DNA from: Octopus bimaculoides
Lineage: Eukaryota
Direction of reading: 5' to 3'
Assembly: GCF_001194135.2 (NCBI RefSeq)
Contig: NC_068986.1
Span: forward strand, 52,298,387 to 52,335,642
Length of the DNA stretch: 37,256 bases
In this document: positions 1 through 10,219 of the stretch, piece by piece
Layout of the letters: each line of letters opens with the position of its first letter
Numbering within the stretch: the stretch's first letter is position 1
Made by a program: the position numbers and the translations under genes
The notes under the pieces: generated by a model
Told to the model about the DNA's origin: nothing
The model's input: only the letters and a program-made list of their open reading frames with translations
Database searches by the model: none

Positions 1-297
1 TTAATACCTAGCTCAGATACCAGGAAACCCCAAAATGGCTGAAGTTCAAAAGATAGTGCTCATGGGAACTGCCCATATCCTACGTAAAATACTGTCTATG
101 TGATCTCAAATTTTAAAGCAAACACATAATTTTCTTATGGTTTCTTAAACATTCACTTGAACAAAACTGTACAAATCCAAATATATGGTACCCTAGGCAT
201 AACACCTACATGAACTTCTAACTTGTTGTCTCTTGAGGTCTCTGGGTGAGACTTGGATCCAACTTGTACAAATGCAAAACAAAAGTCAAACATAAAC
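1..297 (+). mobile_element. 3' end (ORF C-terminus + 3' UTR) of an R4/Dong-clade RLE non-LTR retrotransposon, subfamily 1
   Basis: Frame from nt 5 reads YLAQIPGNPKMAEVQKIVLMGTAHILRKILSM* (TGA 101-103). The ORF end and 3' UTR align with the longer copy at 36660-36948 (roughly 80% by eye), which carries RT-thumb, CCHC, RHD and RLE motifs. Ends directly in (TAA)n. Confidence 0.8.
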
Positions 298-329
298 TAA
301 TAATAATAATAATAATGATAATAATAATA
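298..329. repeat. (TAA)n tract between two R4-type elements
   Basis: Direct reading of the sequence. Confidence 0.95.
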
Positions 330-330
330 G

Positions 331-890
331 GAATTAGCAAATTTCTCCCCAGTGCCGCATCTATAATACAGTGGACGAAACTATTGCCCATATCACGAAC
401 GAATGCTCTAGACTTGCCCAAAACAACAAGCAGTGGCGACACGATAAGGTAGCGAAAGTACTACATTGGAAACTGCGCGGATAGTGGAGGCTAAAGAGAA
501 GCAAGAGAGTGGCGGTGTCAGAGATTTGCAAAATTCTCTGGGATTTCCCAATTCAAACAGATCAGCTGCTAGAGCATAACAGAGTGGACCCAGTGGTGAT
601 CGAAAAGATGCTCCACATATGCTGCATAGTTGATGACGTGTGCTACTTTGAGCCACAAATAGTCAGGAAAGAAGGCGAAAAATAGATGAGTACAACACTC
701 TTAAGTACGAAACTGGAAATTGAAGGCGGTGAAGATGATACCAATTATTGTTGGGTCTTTGGGAACAGTATCAGAAGCCATCACCTGGAATATGAAGGAA
801 ATCGGAATAGAGTCCCCAGTACAACTGTTACAAAAGGTTTACCTCTTTGGCTCAGCTAGAACAACCAGGAAAGTATTAGATAATTGTACA
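331..890 (+). mobile_element. 5'-truncated, decayed R4/Dong-clade element (subfamily 2): zinc-knuckle, RHD and RLE region
   Basis: From 353: CRIYNTVDETIAHITNECSRLAQNNKQWRHDKVAKVLHWKL (degenerate CCHC + RHD). Then KILWDFPIQTDQLLEHNRVDPVVIEK...IVDDVCYFE...KEGEKIDEY (degenerate PD-(D/E)xK) and MIPIIVGSLGTV...LLQKVYLFGSARTTRKVLD (ORF 720-920). Stops and frameshifts present. Confidence 0.75.
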
Positions 891-898
891 GAACAGAT

Positions 899-1048
899 AG
901 CACAAGGCCTTAAATTTTAGGCGAGGAAAGTAGTCGATTGCATCGACTCCAATGCGTAACTGGCATTTATTTCATCGACCCCAACAGCATAAATGACAAA
1001 GTCAGCCTCGACGCAATTTCTACTCAGAACGTAAAGACGAACGAAATT
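899..1048 (-). mobile_element. SINE family A (tRNA-like head), partial
   Basis: Matches the reverse complement of the repeated unit seen at 6948-7125 and 8742-8948 (GTCGAT..ATCGAC hairpin core, ACTCAGAACGTAAAGACG). Confidence 0.7.
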
Positions 1049-1053
1049 CATTT

Positions 1054-1132
1054 ATCAGATGGGTAGTCATGATGGGTGTATTGCGCTTCACAAATTTATG
1101 CGCCAGTGACATTATGAGGGCATGCGCTGTTC
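1054..1132 (+). mobile_element. 3'-terminal fragment of the 556-bp TAA-associated element
   Basis: TTATCAGATGGGTAGTCATGATGGGTG...GGCATGCGCTGTTCT aligns with the last ~80 nt of 33313-33868. Confidence 0.6.
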
Positions 1133-1134
1133 TA

Positions 1135-1312
1135 CAAACAAAATGCTTAGCGGTATTTCGTCCGTCTTTATGTTCTGGTTTCAAATTAAGTCAAGGTTGA
1201 CATTGCACTTCATCCATCGGGGTGTAAAAATAAATCATACGAACACTGGGGTCGACGTAATCGACCTACCGACTTCCACAAACTTGCTGGTCTTGTGCCA
1301 AAATTTAAAACC
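1135..1312 (+). mobile_element. SINE family A, head-truncated
   Basis: AAATGCTTAGCGGTATTTCGTCCGTCTTTATGTTCTG...GGGGTCGACGTAATCGAC...CTTGTGCCAAAATTT, shared with the other copies. Confidence 0.7.
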
Positions 1313-1819
1313 AATTACAAAGGTTATTTTATTAGTTACAAAGTACTCGAAGAGATACATTAAAATGCAATGTACTTTAAACTAGAGACTTAAGAAGAAG
1401 TGAGTACCGGACAGACAAGTTATATAAAAACGAAGGAGGATGGAAGAACATTATACAGTTAAAGTGGCGACATGCTATTGATTTATAAAACCCACGACAT
1501 TACACAAACAGCCAAACGTGCAACGAAACGTACACTTAAGATGTAATTTGACCAGAAAACTAAAACATGAAACACATTTCACTTTCTCGATCACACATGC
1601 CTCAGGTTAGAGCATCTCACATCTCTCTCAATTTGCCAATGCTTGTATTTTAGTTTACCCGTTAACATGGTTTGAATGTGCTGGGAATGATAATAACTTG
1701 TATCCATAGGAGATAACTGTTACAGTTCATTAAAATATTTCGTCTCATTATTTTTTAAATAACATCCTGTCATTCGAGTCTCTCAGCTATTTTATCCTCA
1801 CTGTTTCTGTAATTAATAT

Positions 1820-1905
1820 AGGGGTCGATGAAATAAGTACCAGTTGAGTACTGGGGTCGAGGTAATCAACTAGCCACATCCCCTTAAATTTTCAGGCCGT
1901 TTCAG
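1820..1905 (+). mobile_element. SINE family A, 3' half, followed by a (TAA)n tail
   Basis: GGGGTCGATGAAATAAGTACCAGTTGAGTACTGGGGTCGAGGTAATCAAC core, then (TAA)n from ~1908. Confidence 0.6.
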
Positions 1906-1906
1906 A

Positions 1907-1907
<1 letters not shown>

Positions 1908-1947
<40 letters not shown>

Positions 1948-2014
1948 TTATAATTATAATTATAATTATTATTATTATTATTATTATTATTATTTTTTTT
2001 TTTTTTTTTTTTTT
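1908..2014. repeat. (TAA)n joined to (TTA)n (near-palindrome), then poly-T before an N gap
   Basis: Direct reading of the sequence. Confidence 0.9.
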
Positions 2015-2024
2015 NNNNNNNNNN

Positions 2025-2346
2025 TGAAAAAAGTATGTTTTAAGGATGATGAACAAACGGCCATGTTTCTAGAGGTGATTTATTCAAACCTCAAAGAATT
2101 CCTCTCAACACATGCCTATGCTGTTCCCCTACTACTTTTGCTCATGATCAGAGATGCGCATATCATCAACCACTAAGGGACATGCTCAACTGGTTAAGGT
2201 CAAACAAAAGACGAACAAATCTGTGGTATTGAGCAGAATATTTGCTGTAGCCCATCTTTTATACCGAGACAAATCAATGCACATAACTCTGCCGATCAGT
2301 TAAGATCAAAAGCCACGAGAGTCACTGCCTGGTAATGCATCAGGGC

Positions 2347-2347
<1 letters not shown>
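2025..2347 (-). mobile_element. 5' part of the 556-bp TAA-associated non-coding element (3' part lost in the gap)
   Basis: The reverse complement begins TGCCCTGATGCATTACCAGGCAGTGACTCTCGTGG and aligns colinearly with 33313 onward. Preceded on its own strand by (TAA)n. Confidence 0.8.
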
Positions 2348-2436
<89 letters not shown>

Positions 2437-2440
2437 CAGC

Positions 2441-2500
<60 letters not shown>
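2348..2500. repeat. Compound microsatellite (TTA)n-(TAG)n
   Basis: Direct reading of the sequence. Confidence 0.95.
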
Positions 2501-3149
2501 CGTAGGGGAGAGGGAAGAGGAGGAGAACATTAACAACAAGGATAAGAACAACAATGTTCTATAGAGTACTATAGTTATTCACCGTAAAACTATTCACTAT
2601 AATTCCTAACAGAAGCCTGAGCAGTGGAATCTTGTTTGTGTGCAAAGAATAGTAGTTACGATGATAATGTAATAAAGCGAAATAAATAAATAAATGAATA
2701 AATAAATAACCAAACAAATAAATAAAAGTGAAAGCGAAAGTGAATGTACAGAGTAAAAATACACCTGACAAAAACGATACCGAAAATCGTGATTACATTT
2801 ATAATAACAACCCAAACTATAACGCAAAACGATGATAGCAGAAGTAATAACAACCACAATTACGATATCAAGAAGAACAAGAAGCAAAAGAATCTAGTAT
2901 TTGATAGGAATACAACTGAAAGTATACACATCTATGCTTTAGTTCAAAAGAAACAGGTTACATATATGTTTGTTTTGTTATTTGTTTTTCTGTTAGCTTT
3001 TCCTTTGTATATTTCAACTCTGAGTTGATAAAATAACGTAGATATAGAGGCTGTGGTGGAATTAGGAAAAAGGGAAAAAAATATTGAAGGAAAAGGCAAA
3101 AAAGGAATGATAGAAATTTGAGAGAAAAGAGTAATGAAGTAAAATATTC

Positions 3150-3610
3150 CTGAGAGTGAAAAGAAATGGAAAAGGTTTGAAGAAGAAGAAGAAACAGGAG
3201 GAGGAGAAGAAGAAGAAGAAACAGGAGGAGGAGAAGAAGAAGAAGAAGAAACAGGAGGAGGAGAAGAAGAAACAGGAGGAGGAGAAGAAGAAACAGGAGG
3301 AAGAGAAGAAGAAGAAGAAGAAGAAGAAGAAGAAGAAGAAGAAGAAGAAGAAGAAGAAGAAGAAGAAGAAGAAGAAGAAGGAGGAGAAGGAGGAGAAGGA
3401 AGAGAAGGAGGACGAGGACGAGGAGAAAGAGAAGAAAGAAAGAAACAGACAAACAAACAAACAAAGAAGGAATGAAAGGAAGAAACAAACAGACAAAACA
3501 AAGAAGGAAAGAATCAAAAAAGAAAGCAAGAAAGAATGAAAGGAAGAAACAAACAGACAAAACAAAGAAGGAAAGAATCAAAAAAGAAAGCAAGAAAGAA
3601 TGAAAGAAAA
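3150..3610. repeat. Purine-rich simple-repeat block: (GAA)n/(GGA)n, ~5 units of GAAGAAGAAACAGGAGGAG, and a perfect 64-bp tandem duplication (3470-3533 / 3534-3597)
   Basis: Direct reading. It explains the poly-K/E, poly-S/P and poly-L/F ORFs in the track. Confidence 0.95.
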
Positions 3611-4444
3611 GTTACTGGAAATGTTATTTCTGGTGAACAAGACGAGGAAGATGCTGCAAATGCTGACATTGGTGAAACGAAATTGTGTATGATATGTGAT
3701 AGCGAGGAAATATAGAATAAAAGAGCAAAATTATATATATCTGAAATGTAAACGAGAGTGACAGGAAGAAATACAAAAGAAAGTGTAATAAGGAATTTAA
3801 AAAAGAAGAAGGATAATGTGACAATTTTATTCTAGAGATAGAAAATATAAACACTTCAGAAGGAAGTGAGAGTTTATGAGGCAGAAAAAAACTATAAGCA
3901 ATTTGGAGTAACAGTACTTACAAGAACTATCTGTTCAAAAGATATCATTGGCACAGAAACATGAAAATTTTATATTTCTAACAATTGAAAGTACATTTAC
4001 ATATGTACTTTGGATATGACTACAGAATGTACGGTGGCTGGATATTGTGAATTTTCTGGCTAGATGAACACCATATATNNNNNNNNNNTGTGTGTGTGTG
4101 TGTGCGTGTGTGCGTGTGTGTGTGTTTGTGTAAAATGAAATATATGGCTGTATGAATATCATAAACGTTATGAATTGTATGATTATTTTATAGTGATGAG
4201 TTTTTGCGGCTGTGTGAGTAGTAAATAGGTCCTGATATAGTGTATTATAGTGTATTATATATTCATACACCCACCCACACACACATACATACGTCTATCT
4301 ACATATATGTATATGTATATATATGCATACACCTCTCCACACACACATACATACATACATCTATCTACATAACAACCCACTAACTATTCTACTCTACCTG
4401 TGTAAACTGTGGGCATTGTGGTATGATATTTACTGTGTATATTT

Positions 4445-4690
4445 CCTACTTACTATTGAGGAAGTTTCATTTATGAGGACGTACTCCCGTTTTTGTTTGA
4501 GTGTTGGGTCCTTTGGGTGCTTGGATAAGATGCGGATGTCAAGTTGACCCAAAATACCTCCATGTTGGTCCTCGGCATGATGGTAGAGTATGGGGGACTA
4601 TTTTTTGTCGTCATATTGTCTCAAATATTCATTTAGTCGTTCCGCAATGCTCCTAGATGTCTCCTCTATGCAGTGGATTGGCAACTAAGT
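4445..4690 (-). mobile_element. Penelope-like element fragment, GIY-YIG endonuclease C-terminal half (decayed)
   Basis: Minus frame reads CIEETSRSIAERLNEYLRQYDDKK*SPILYHHAEDQHGGILGQLDIRILSKHPKDPTLKQKREYVLINETSS. This fits the PLE pattern YIGET.R.l..Rl.EH...S.l..H...H...i.IL...R...E..lI. Confidence 0.7.
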
Positions 4691-4699
4691 TCTCGCCGG

Positions 4700-5064
4700 T
4701 TTTTAAAATTTCGGAATTTATTTCGGGTTTAAATTTTGGAATCTATATTTTTCGAGAATTCTATTTTTGAATCATTTTGGAATCTATTTTGTTGGTTTGT
4801 TTTTCTAGTTAATGTTTGTCAATTTTTATTTATTTTCAGATCATTAAAATGGAATGCTAAGTTAAGAAAAACGATCATTTTCGACACCTCTTTCTTTTTG
4901 TTTTTAATCAAGGTTCTAAGGCCGCAAAATCTGCTTGCGATATTTGTACTGTGTATGGAGAGGGTGCCATAGTTGAAAGAACCGCTCCTGATTGGTATGC
5001 CAAGCTCAAAAATGGAAATTTTGACCTCAAAGATTCACCTCGCTCTGGCCGTCCACTTGAGTAA
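4700..5064 (+). mobile_element. mariner transposon 5' fragment (5' UTR + N-terminal HTH region)
   Basis: 4849-5061: MEC*VKKNDHFRHLFLFVFNQGSKAAKSACDICTVYGEGAIVERTAPDWYAKLKNGNFDLKDSPRSGRPLE, the typical mariner HTH ending in RSGRP. Confidence 0.85.
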
Positions 5065-5084
5065 AAGTGGATAAATATTTTTCT

Positions 5085-5959
5085 GGTATGGAAGAAATGA
5101 GGACGAGCCACGCCACTCTGATGTTGGTTTTGCCATCAAGATCGAAATAGCTATATCCTTTCTTTTTCTACCCAAAGTTATTTCTTATCGCATCATGACA
5201 CTAACGTTGTAACTTGATCTCAACACTCGTGCTACGCTTATCAGCTGCTATGCTCCAACCATGGTCAGCACTGAGCAAGAAAAGGATAAATTTTACAACC
5301 AAATCTGTTATGTCATTTCTAGTTTCCACCATAGGGATAAACTTATCCTTATAGCGACTTTAACGCTCGTGTTGGTACTGACTATGAGGCATAGGAGGGT
5401 GTACTTGGTCACAATGGTGCAGATCGAATGAACTCCAGCTGTCTGCGTGTTCTCTCTATCCGCAGGGAATTCAGTCTATTCATCACAAATACCTTTCTTC
5501 AACAGCGAAATTGTTGCAAGATGACCTGGACGCATCCTAGATCTAAGGATTGGCATCTCATAGATTATGTTATCACTAAGAACCGAGATATGAGAGACAT
5601 TTTATCATTACACGTTCCTTTGATAACCCCTGCTATCTCTCAGACTATTGTCTTCTCTGCAGTAAGGCTACGTTCCATCTGAAGCACACAAGGCTACAAG
5701 TCATCAGTGTCTAAGGACATTAATGCTCTGCCTTTGAAAACTGCTGAAAAGCAGACTGAGCTCTCTGTCAAGTTGGACAATGTACTCAACACTGTAAATA
5801 TCAGTGATGACATAGAATCATCTTGGTAGGCTCTGCGTGATGCAACGCACTCTGCATCTGTAAAGGTTCAAGAACTTGCTGTTCGTAAACATCAAGATTG
5901 ATTCAGTGATAACATAGATGTCCAGCAGCGATAGATAAAATGCACAGCTCTCATAAACA
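5085..5959 (+). mobile_element. RTE-clade (BovB-like) LINE fragment, APE endonuclease region, decayed
   Basis: WYGRNEDEPRHSDVGFAIK...LISCYAPT...EKDKFY...(G)DFNARVG...ITNTF...TWTHPRSKDWHLIDYVI...RKHQD*FSDN, with stops and frameshifts. Confidence 0.85.
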
Positions 5960-6107
5960 TGGATAAATTATAAGAGTTCATCCAGAAAAGAGAATGCTTA
6001 AAAGAAATCCAGATGCCAGGTCCAACGTGCACTCCGACAGATGTATGTATATATATATATATTTTCTTTTTTATTATTTTATATATATGTATATATATAT
6101 TATTTTT

Positions 6108-6355
6108 CATTCTTTTATTCTGTTACTTGTTTCAGTCATTTCACTGCGGCATCGCCTTAAAGTGTTATAGTCGAAAAATCGAGACCAGGAGTTAATTTTT
6201 GTAAGCCTAGTACTTTTTCTGTCGGTCTATTTTGCCGAATCGCTAAGTTACTGTGAAATAAACACACTACCACCGGTTATCAAACGATGGCGGTGGGAAC
6301 AAACACAGACACGCACGCACACAAAAACACACACACACACACACACACACAGAGG

Positions 6356-6416
<61 letters not shown>

Positions 6417-6563
6417 GACGAGCTTCTCTCAGTTTCCGTCTAGCAAAGGCTTTGGTCGACCCGAGGCTATAATAGAAGACGCCCAAGGTGTCATACAGTG
6501 GGACTGAAGCCTATACCATGTGGTTGAGAAGCAATGTTCTTACTACACAACCACGCCTGCACC
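6108..6563 (-). mobile_element. SINE family B (tRNA-like head, internal CA/TA microsatellite), near full length
   Basis: The minus strand starts GGTGCAGGCGTGGTTGTGTAGTAAG (A-box-like) with a B-box-like GCTTCAGTCCC. It ends ...GACTGAAACAAGTAACAGAATAAAAGAAT, like the tail at 31680-31717. Confidence 0.8.
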
Positions 6564-6947
6564 TATATGTATATATATATATATATATAAACACACACAC
6601 ACATACATATGTATGTATATTTAAAAGAGTCCTTAACTTACCTTCTTTAATTGAGAAAATATCTGCTAGGGTCTTGATAACTTTTTATTTATCACTAATA
6701 ACGTGAGTATATTTGTTGGTTCTTGCATTATTGCGGATCTAGAGGACCTGGATTAGTGGAATCATTGGAACATCGGACTGAATCTTTTCTCGTGTTTTGC
6801 CGACTCCTTGTAGCCTAAGATCAAATCACATATTTTTATTATATATGACCATTCAAGCACTTGAGTCGATAATAATCGAACATCTTATATCCAACCATTT
6901 ATTTCGTTTTGTTTCAATGTAAGAAATCCTTATTAATGTTGTAACCT

Positions 6948-7125
6948 AGGTGGCGAGCTAACGTTTCATCCGGCTTTATGTTCTGAGTTCAAATTCCACC
7001 GAGATCGACTTTGCTTTTCATCCTTTCGAGGTTGATAAAATAAGTACCATTTGAGCACTAGGTCGTTGTGACCGACTTACCCACCTTCTATGGAAATGTT
7101 GGCCTTTTGCCAAAATTTGAAACCA
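6948..7125 (+). mobile_element. SINE family A with internal deletion
   Basis: GGTGGCGAGCT...GTTCTGAGTTCAAATTCC (B-box) ...ATAAGTACCA...TTGCCAAAATTTGAAACC. Confidence 0.75.
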
Positions 7126-7599
7126 AATGGAGACTGATACCGAACTAAATAGCTAATAATATTTTCTTGTTAAATCACAAATTTGTGATTTCAAAAATAA
7201 TTCATGACTCGATGATAGCAATCAATCACCACTCAGAGATCGATACATGTAATATTAGGCATCGATAGTGATTAATGCCAATGCCAGTCAGTAATACTAC
7301 TTCTCTGCAATAATGCAATAATGTGGTCTTGTGCTAATGTGAGAATTCATTATTGAAACTTCCTCTAAGAAATTATAAATTTAAATAAAATATTGAAAAT
7401 CATTTCTTGTAATATTGTCGGCATTTGTGGCATATTGATTTTGTAGTGTATTGATTTAGTAGTGTTGTCTTTTGAGATGTTAGAATCTTGGCATGCATGA
7501 GGACAATAAGATTTTGTCCAAAGATCTCAATAAATCCATATAACTACATTGGCGGCGAGATCTTTCATATCATATAATGTGAATGTACACGTGCACGCA

Positions 7600-8024
7600 C
7601 GTGCATCTTTTACACGCGGGTACAGACACATACACTTATACTCCTCACAGACATACACACATACACAATGGCGCACAAATATACACAAATGTATATATAT
7701 ATATATATATATATACAGCGCCAAGCATGCATGTTTGCACACACATATACATACATACATACATGCATGCATGCATACATACATACATACATACATAAAT
7801 ACATACATACATACATACATACATACATACATAAATACATACATACATGCGTACATACATACATATTCCGGCACTACTCAAAATTGAACATACGTATAAT
7901 TAAATTCTATTTCGGTCATTAGTTGAGGAATATTATGTTAAATATTTAGAAAGTATTTCCTCCTCTATCACTCCCTTTCTCCCCGTCCCTCTCTTTCTCG
8001 CTCTCCTCTCTCTTTCTCGCTCTC

Positions 8025-8062
<38 letters not shown>

Positions 8063-8075
8063 GTCTTTCTCTTTC
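7600..8075. repeat. (TA)n / (TACA)n microsatellites and a (CT)n tract (7960-8075)
   Basis: Direct reading of the sequence. Confidence 0.9.
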
Positions 8076-8328
8076 TGATATCCATAAATTATAAGCTATG
8101 TTCCAAGTTAACAATATTGTCTTCTGGGTTTTTCCCCCATATAACTGGAGAATGCAGAAAGGAAAATAACTTAAAATCTAGTAAAAACCAGTCAACAATA
8201 ATACCAATGATATAACATTGTCTTGCTCTGTTTATCTTCTTATAAAAGGAAGAACACATAAGAGGGTAAGTAGATATTTCTTATACAATTAAATGACACG
8301 AAAACGAGCTACGATAAACAACTGTCAG

Positions 8329-8559
8329 TGCCTTTGAAAACTGCTGAAAAGCAGACTGAGCTCTCTGTCAAGTTGGACAATGTACTCAACACTGTAAATA
8401 TCAGTGATGACATAGAATCATCTTGGTAGGCTCTGCGTGATGCAACGCACTCTGCATCTGTAAAGGTTCAAGAACTTGCTGTTCGTAAACATCAAGATTG
8501 ATTCAGTGATAACATAGATGTCCAGCAGCGATAGATAAAATGCACAGCTCTCATAAACA
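8329..8559 (+). repeat. Exact 231-bp copy of 5729-5959 (internal part of the decayed RTE fragment)
   Basis: Base-by-base comparison shows no mismatch. Offset is exactly 2600 nt and the same premature stops are present. Confidence 0.95.
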
Positions 8560-8741
8560 AATGAACAACAAAGACGGATAGAAATACATAAAACTACCAT
8601 GCAAGGTAAATTCTTGATGAATTGATATTTCCGCGTCCGAGGATCAACTCCGAATAAGAATGGGTAGATATTCTCAAGAAACAAGAAGCCTCTAAAAATG
8701 CACGTAGCATTAGGTAAAAGTTACTTGATGCTCATCATTAT

Positions 8742-8948
8742 AGTCTTTTCTACTGTAGGCACAAGGCCCGAAATTTTGGGGGAGGGGACAAGTCGACTAG
8801 ATCGATCCAAGCACACAGCTGGTACTTAATTTATCGATTCCGAAAGGTAAAGATGACCTCATTGGAATTTGAACTCAGAACATAAAGATAGACGAAACAC
8901 CGCTAAGCATTTCGCCCGGCGTGCTAACGTTTCTGCCAGCTCACAGCC
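8742..8948 (-). mobile_element. SINE family A, near full length
   Basis: Minus strand: GGCTGTGAGCTGGCAGAAACGTTAGCACGCCGGGCGAAATGCTTAGCGGTG...GTTCTGAGTTCAAATTCC...CTTGTGCCTACAGTAGAAAAG. Confidence 0.85.
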
Positions 8949-8978
8949 ATATGCTCGTTATTATATTGTCTGGTGAAA

Positions 8979-9185
8979 ACGGTGAGTTCGCAGAAAATTT
9001 AGCATGTCAAATAAAATGCTTAGAGGTATTTCGTACGTCTTCACGTTCTGAGTTCAAATTCCACTGAGTTCGACTTTGCTTTTCATCCTTTCTGGGTCGT
9101 TAAATAAATGTCAGTCGAACATAGGTGTCGATGTAATCGACTTACCCAGTCATCCTCAATTGCTGGCCTTGTGCCAAGATTTTTA
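8979..9185 (+). mobile_element. SINE family A
   Basis: GGTGAGTTCGCAGAA...GTTCTGAGTTCAAATTCC...GTCGATGTAATCGAC...CTTGTGCCAAG. Confidence 0.8.
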
Positions 9186-9210
9186 ATCATTATTATATTG
9201 TCTTGTGAAA

Positions 9211-9400
9211 ACAGTGAGCTGTCAGAAGTGTTTGTATGCCAAATAAAATACTTGGCGGCATTTTCTCTGTCTTTACGTTCTGAGCCGAAACTCTGCCGAG
9301 ATCGACTTTGTCTTTCATCCTTTCCTAGTCGCTTAAATATGTAATCGACTTGCCAACTCCACCCACATTTCTGGCTTTGTACCTACAGTAGAAAGGGCTA
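9211..9400 (+). mobile_element. SINE family A (alternative 3' tail)
   Basis: CAGTGAGCTGTCAGAAG...GATCGACTTTGTCTTTCATCC...GTACCTACAGTAGAAAGGG. Confidence 0.75.
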
Positions 9401-10219
9401 TTGTCTTGTAGAAGTTGACATTGTTATTTAGCGCCAGTTCTACTCTAATCAAGGATACATCTGTTACAAGCCATCCAGGCCTTAACCATCCCTATTTTTT
9501 TTATTAAAACAGTGCATTTAGGACAATATTATCCAATGCTTGATGTTACATTTTTTAAAAGCAAAATTAAGGAATAATGCGGTGTGATATGAGGGACATT
9601 TTGTTGCTAGTTTCTAGCAAGTCCAGTGACAAAATTGAGGTTGTTTTGTTGCCTCGTCATTCTGCAGTTGGTTCAGAATGTATTATCTTTCGTTTTGTTC
9701 ATACTTTAATAGAAATTCTAAATATAAGATATCGACAAGAAGAAAAAAAGGAACATGTTACAGCTCACGAGGAAGTGCACGCAACAAACACAATTTTTGC
9801 ACAGAGGTAACATAGCGCATTTAGATTAGGAATGAAACAGTTTTTTGTTGAGAGGTGAGCGGTATTTTAAGATAAAATAAAGAACTAAGCAAAAAGAAAA
9901 ATGAGAATGAAGAAACTGTATAACTACTGATAACGTAACAAAATACGATTGGCCTACATTTTGATATATTTAATTATTCGTTATCTTTTTATTTCAATAT
10001 TGGTTTCAAATTATGAAGTGAAAGTCACAATTTAAGTTTCTTAATTTAAGTAATATGATTCTAACAATTTTTTAGTGTCATGATTGCCGCCATAATCGTT
10101 AAATAAATCAACATGAACAAAGTAGAGCAAACTAAACATACTCACACACACATATGCATGTAGGCATCTAGATATGTAGGTGGGGAGAGAGAGAATTAGG
10201 TAAGAAGGAAGGAAGGTTA

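Noticed and set aside
1575-1615. Minus-strand CTGAGGC...GAAATGTG resembling a decayed hammerhead
   Set aside because: Core mismatch and no stems. Too degenerate to call.
2306-3593. Long ORFs with poly-T/N/K/E/S/L/F runs
   Set aside because: They are translations of trinucleotide microsatellites and are open in several frames at once.
6642-6814. Minus-strand segment with plausible acceptor (TCTTAG|G) and strong donor (AG|GTAAGT)
   Set aside because: Stops in all three frames. A non-coding exon cannot be excluded but is unsupported.
9713-9806. Plus-strand AG...GT-bounded 94-nt segment with two open frames
   Set aside because: No recognisable protein motif and no partner exon. Such signals arise by chance in AT-rich DNA.
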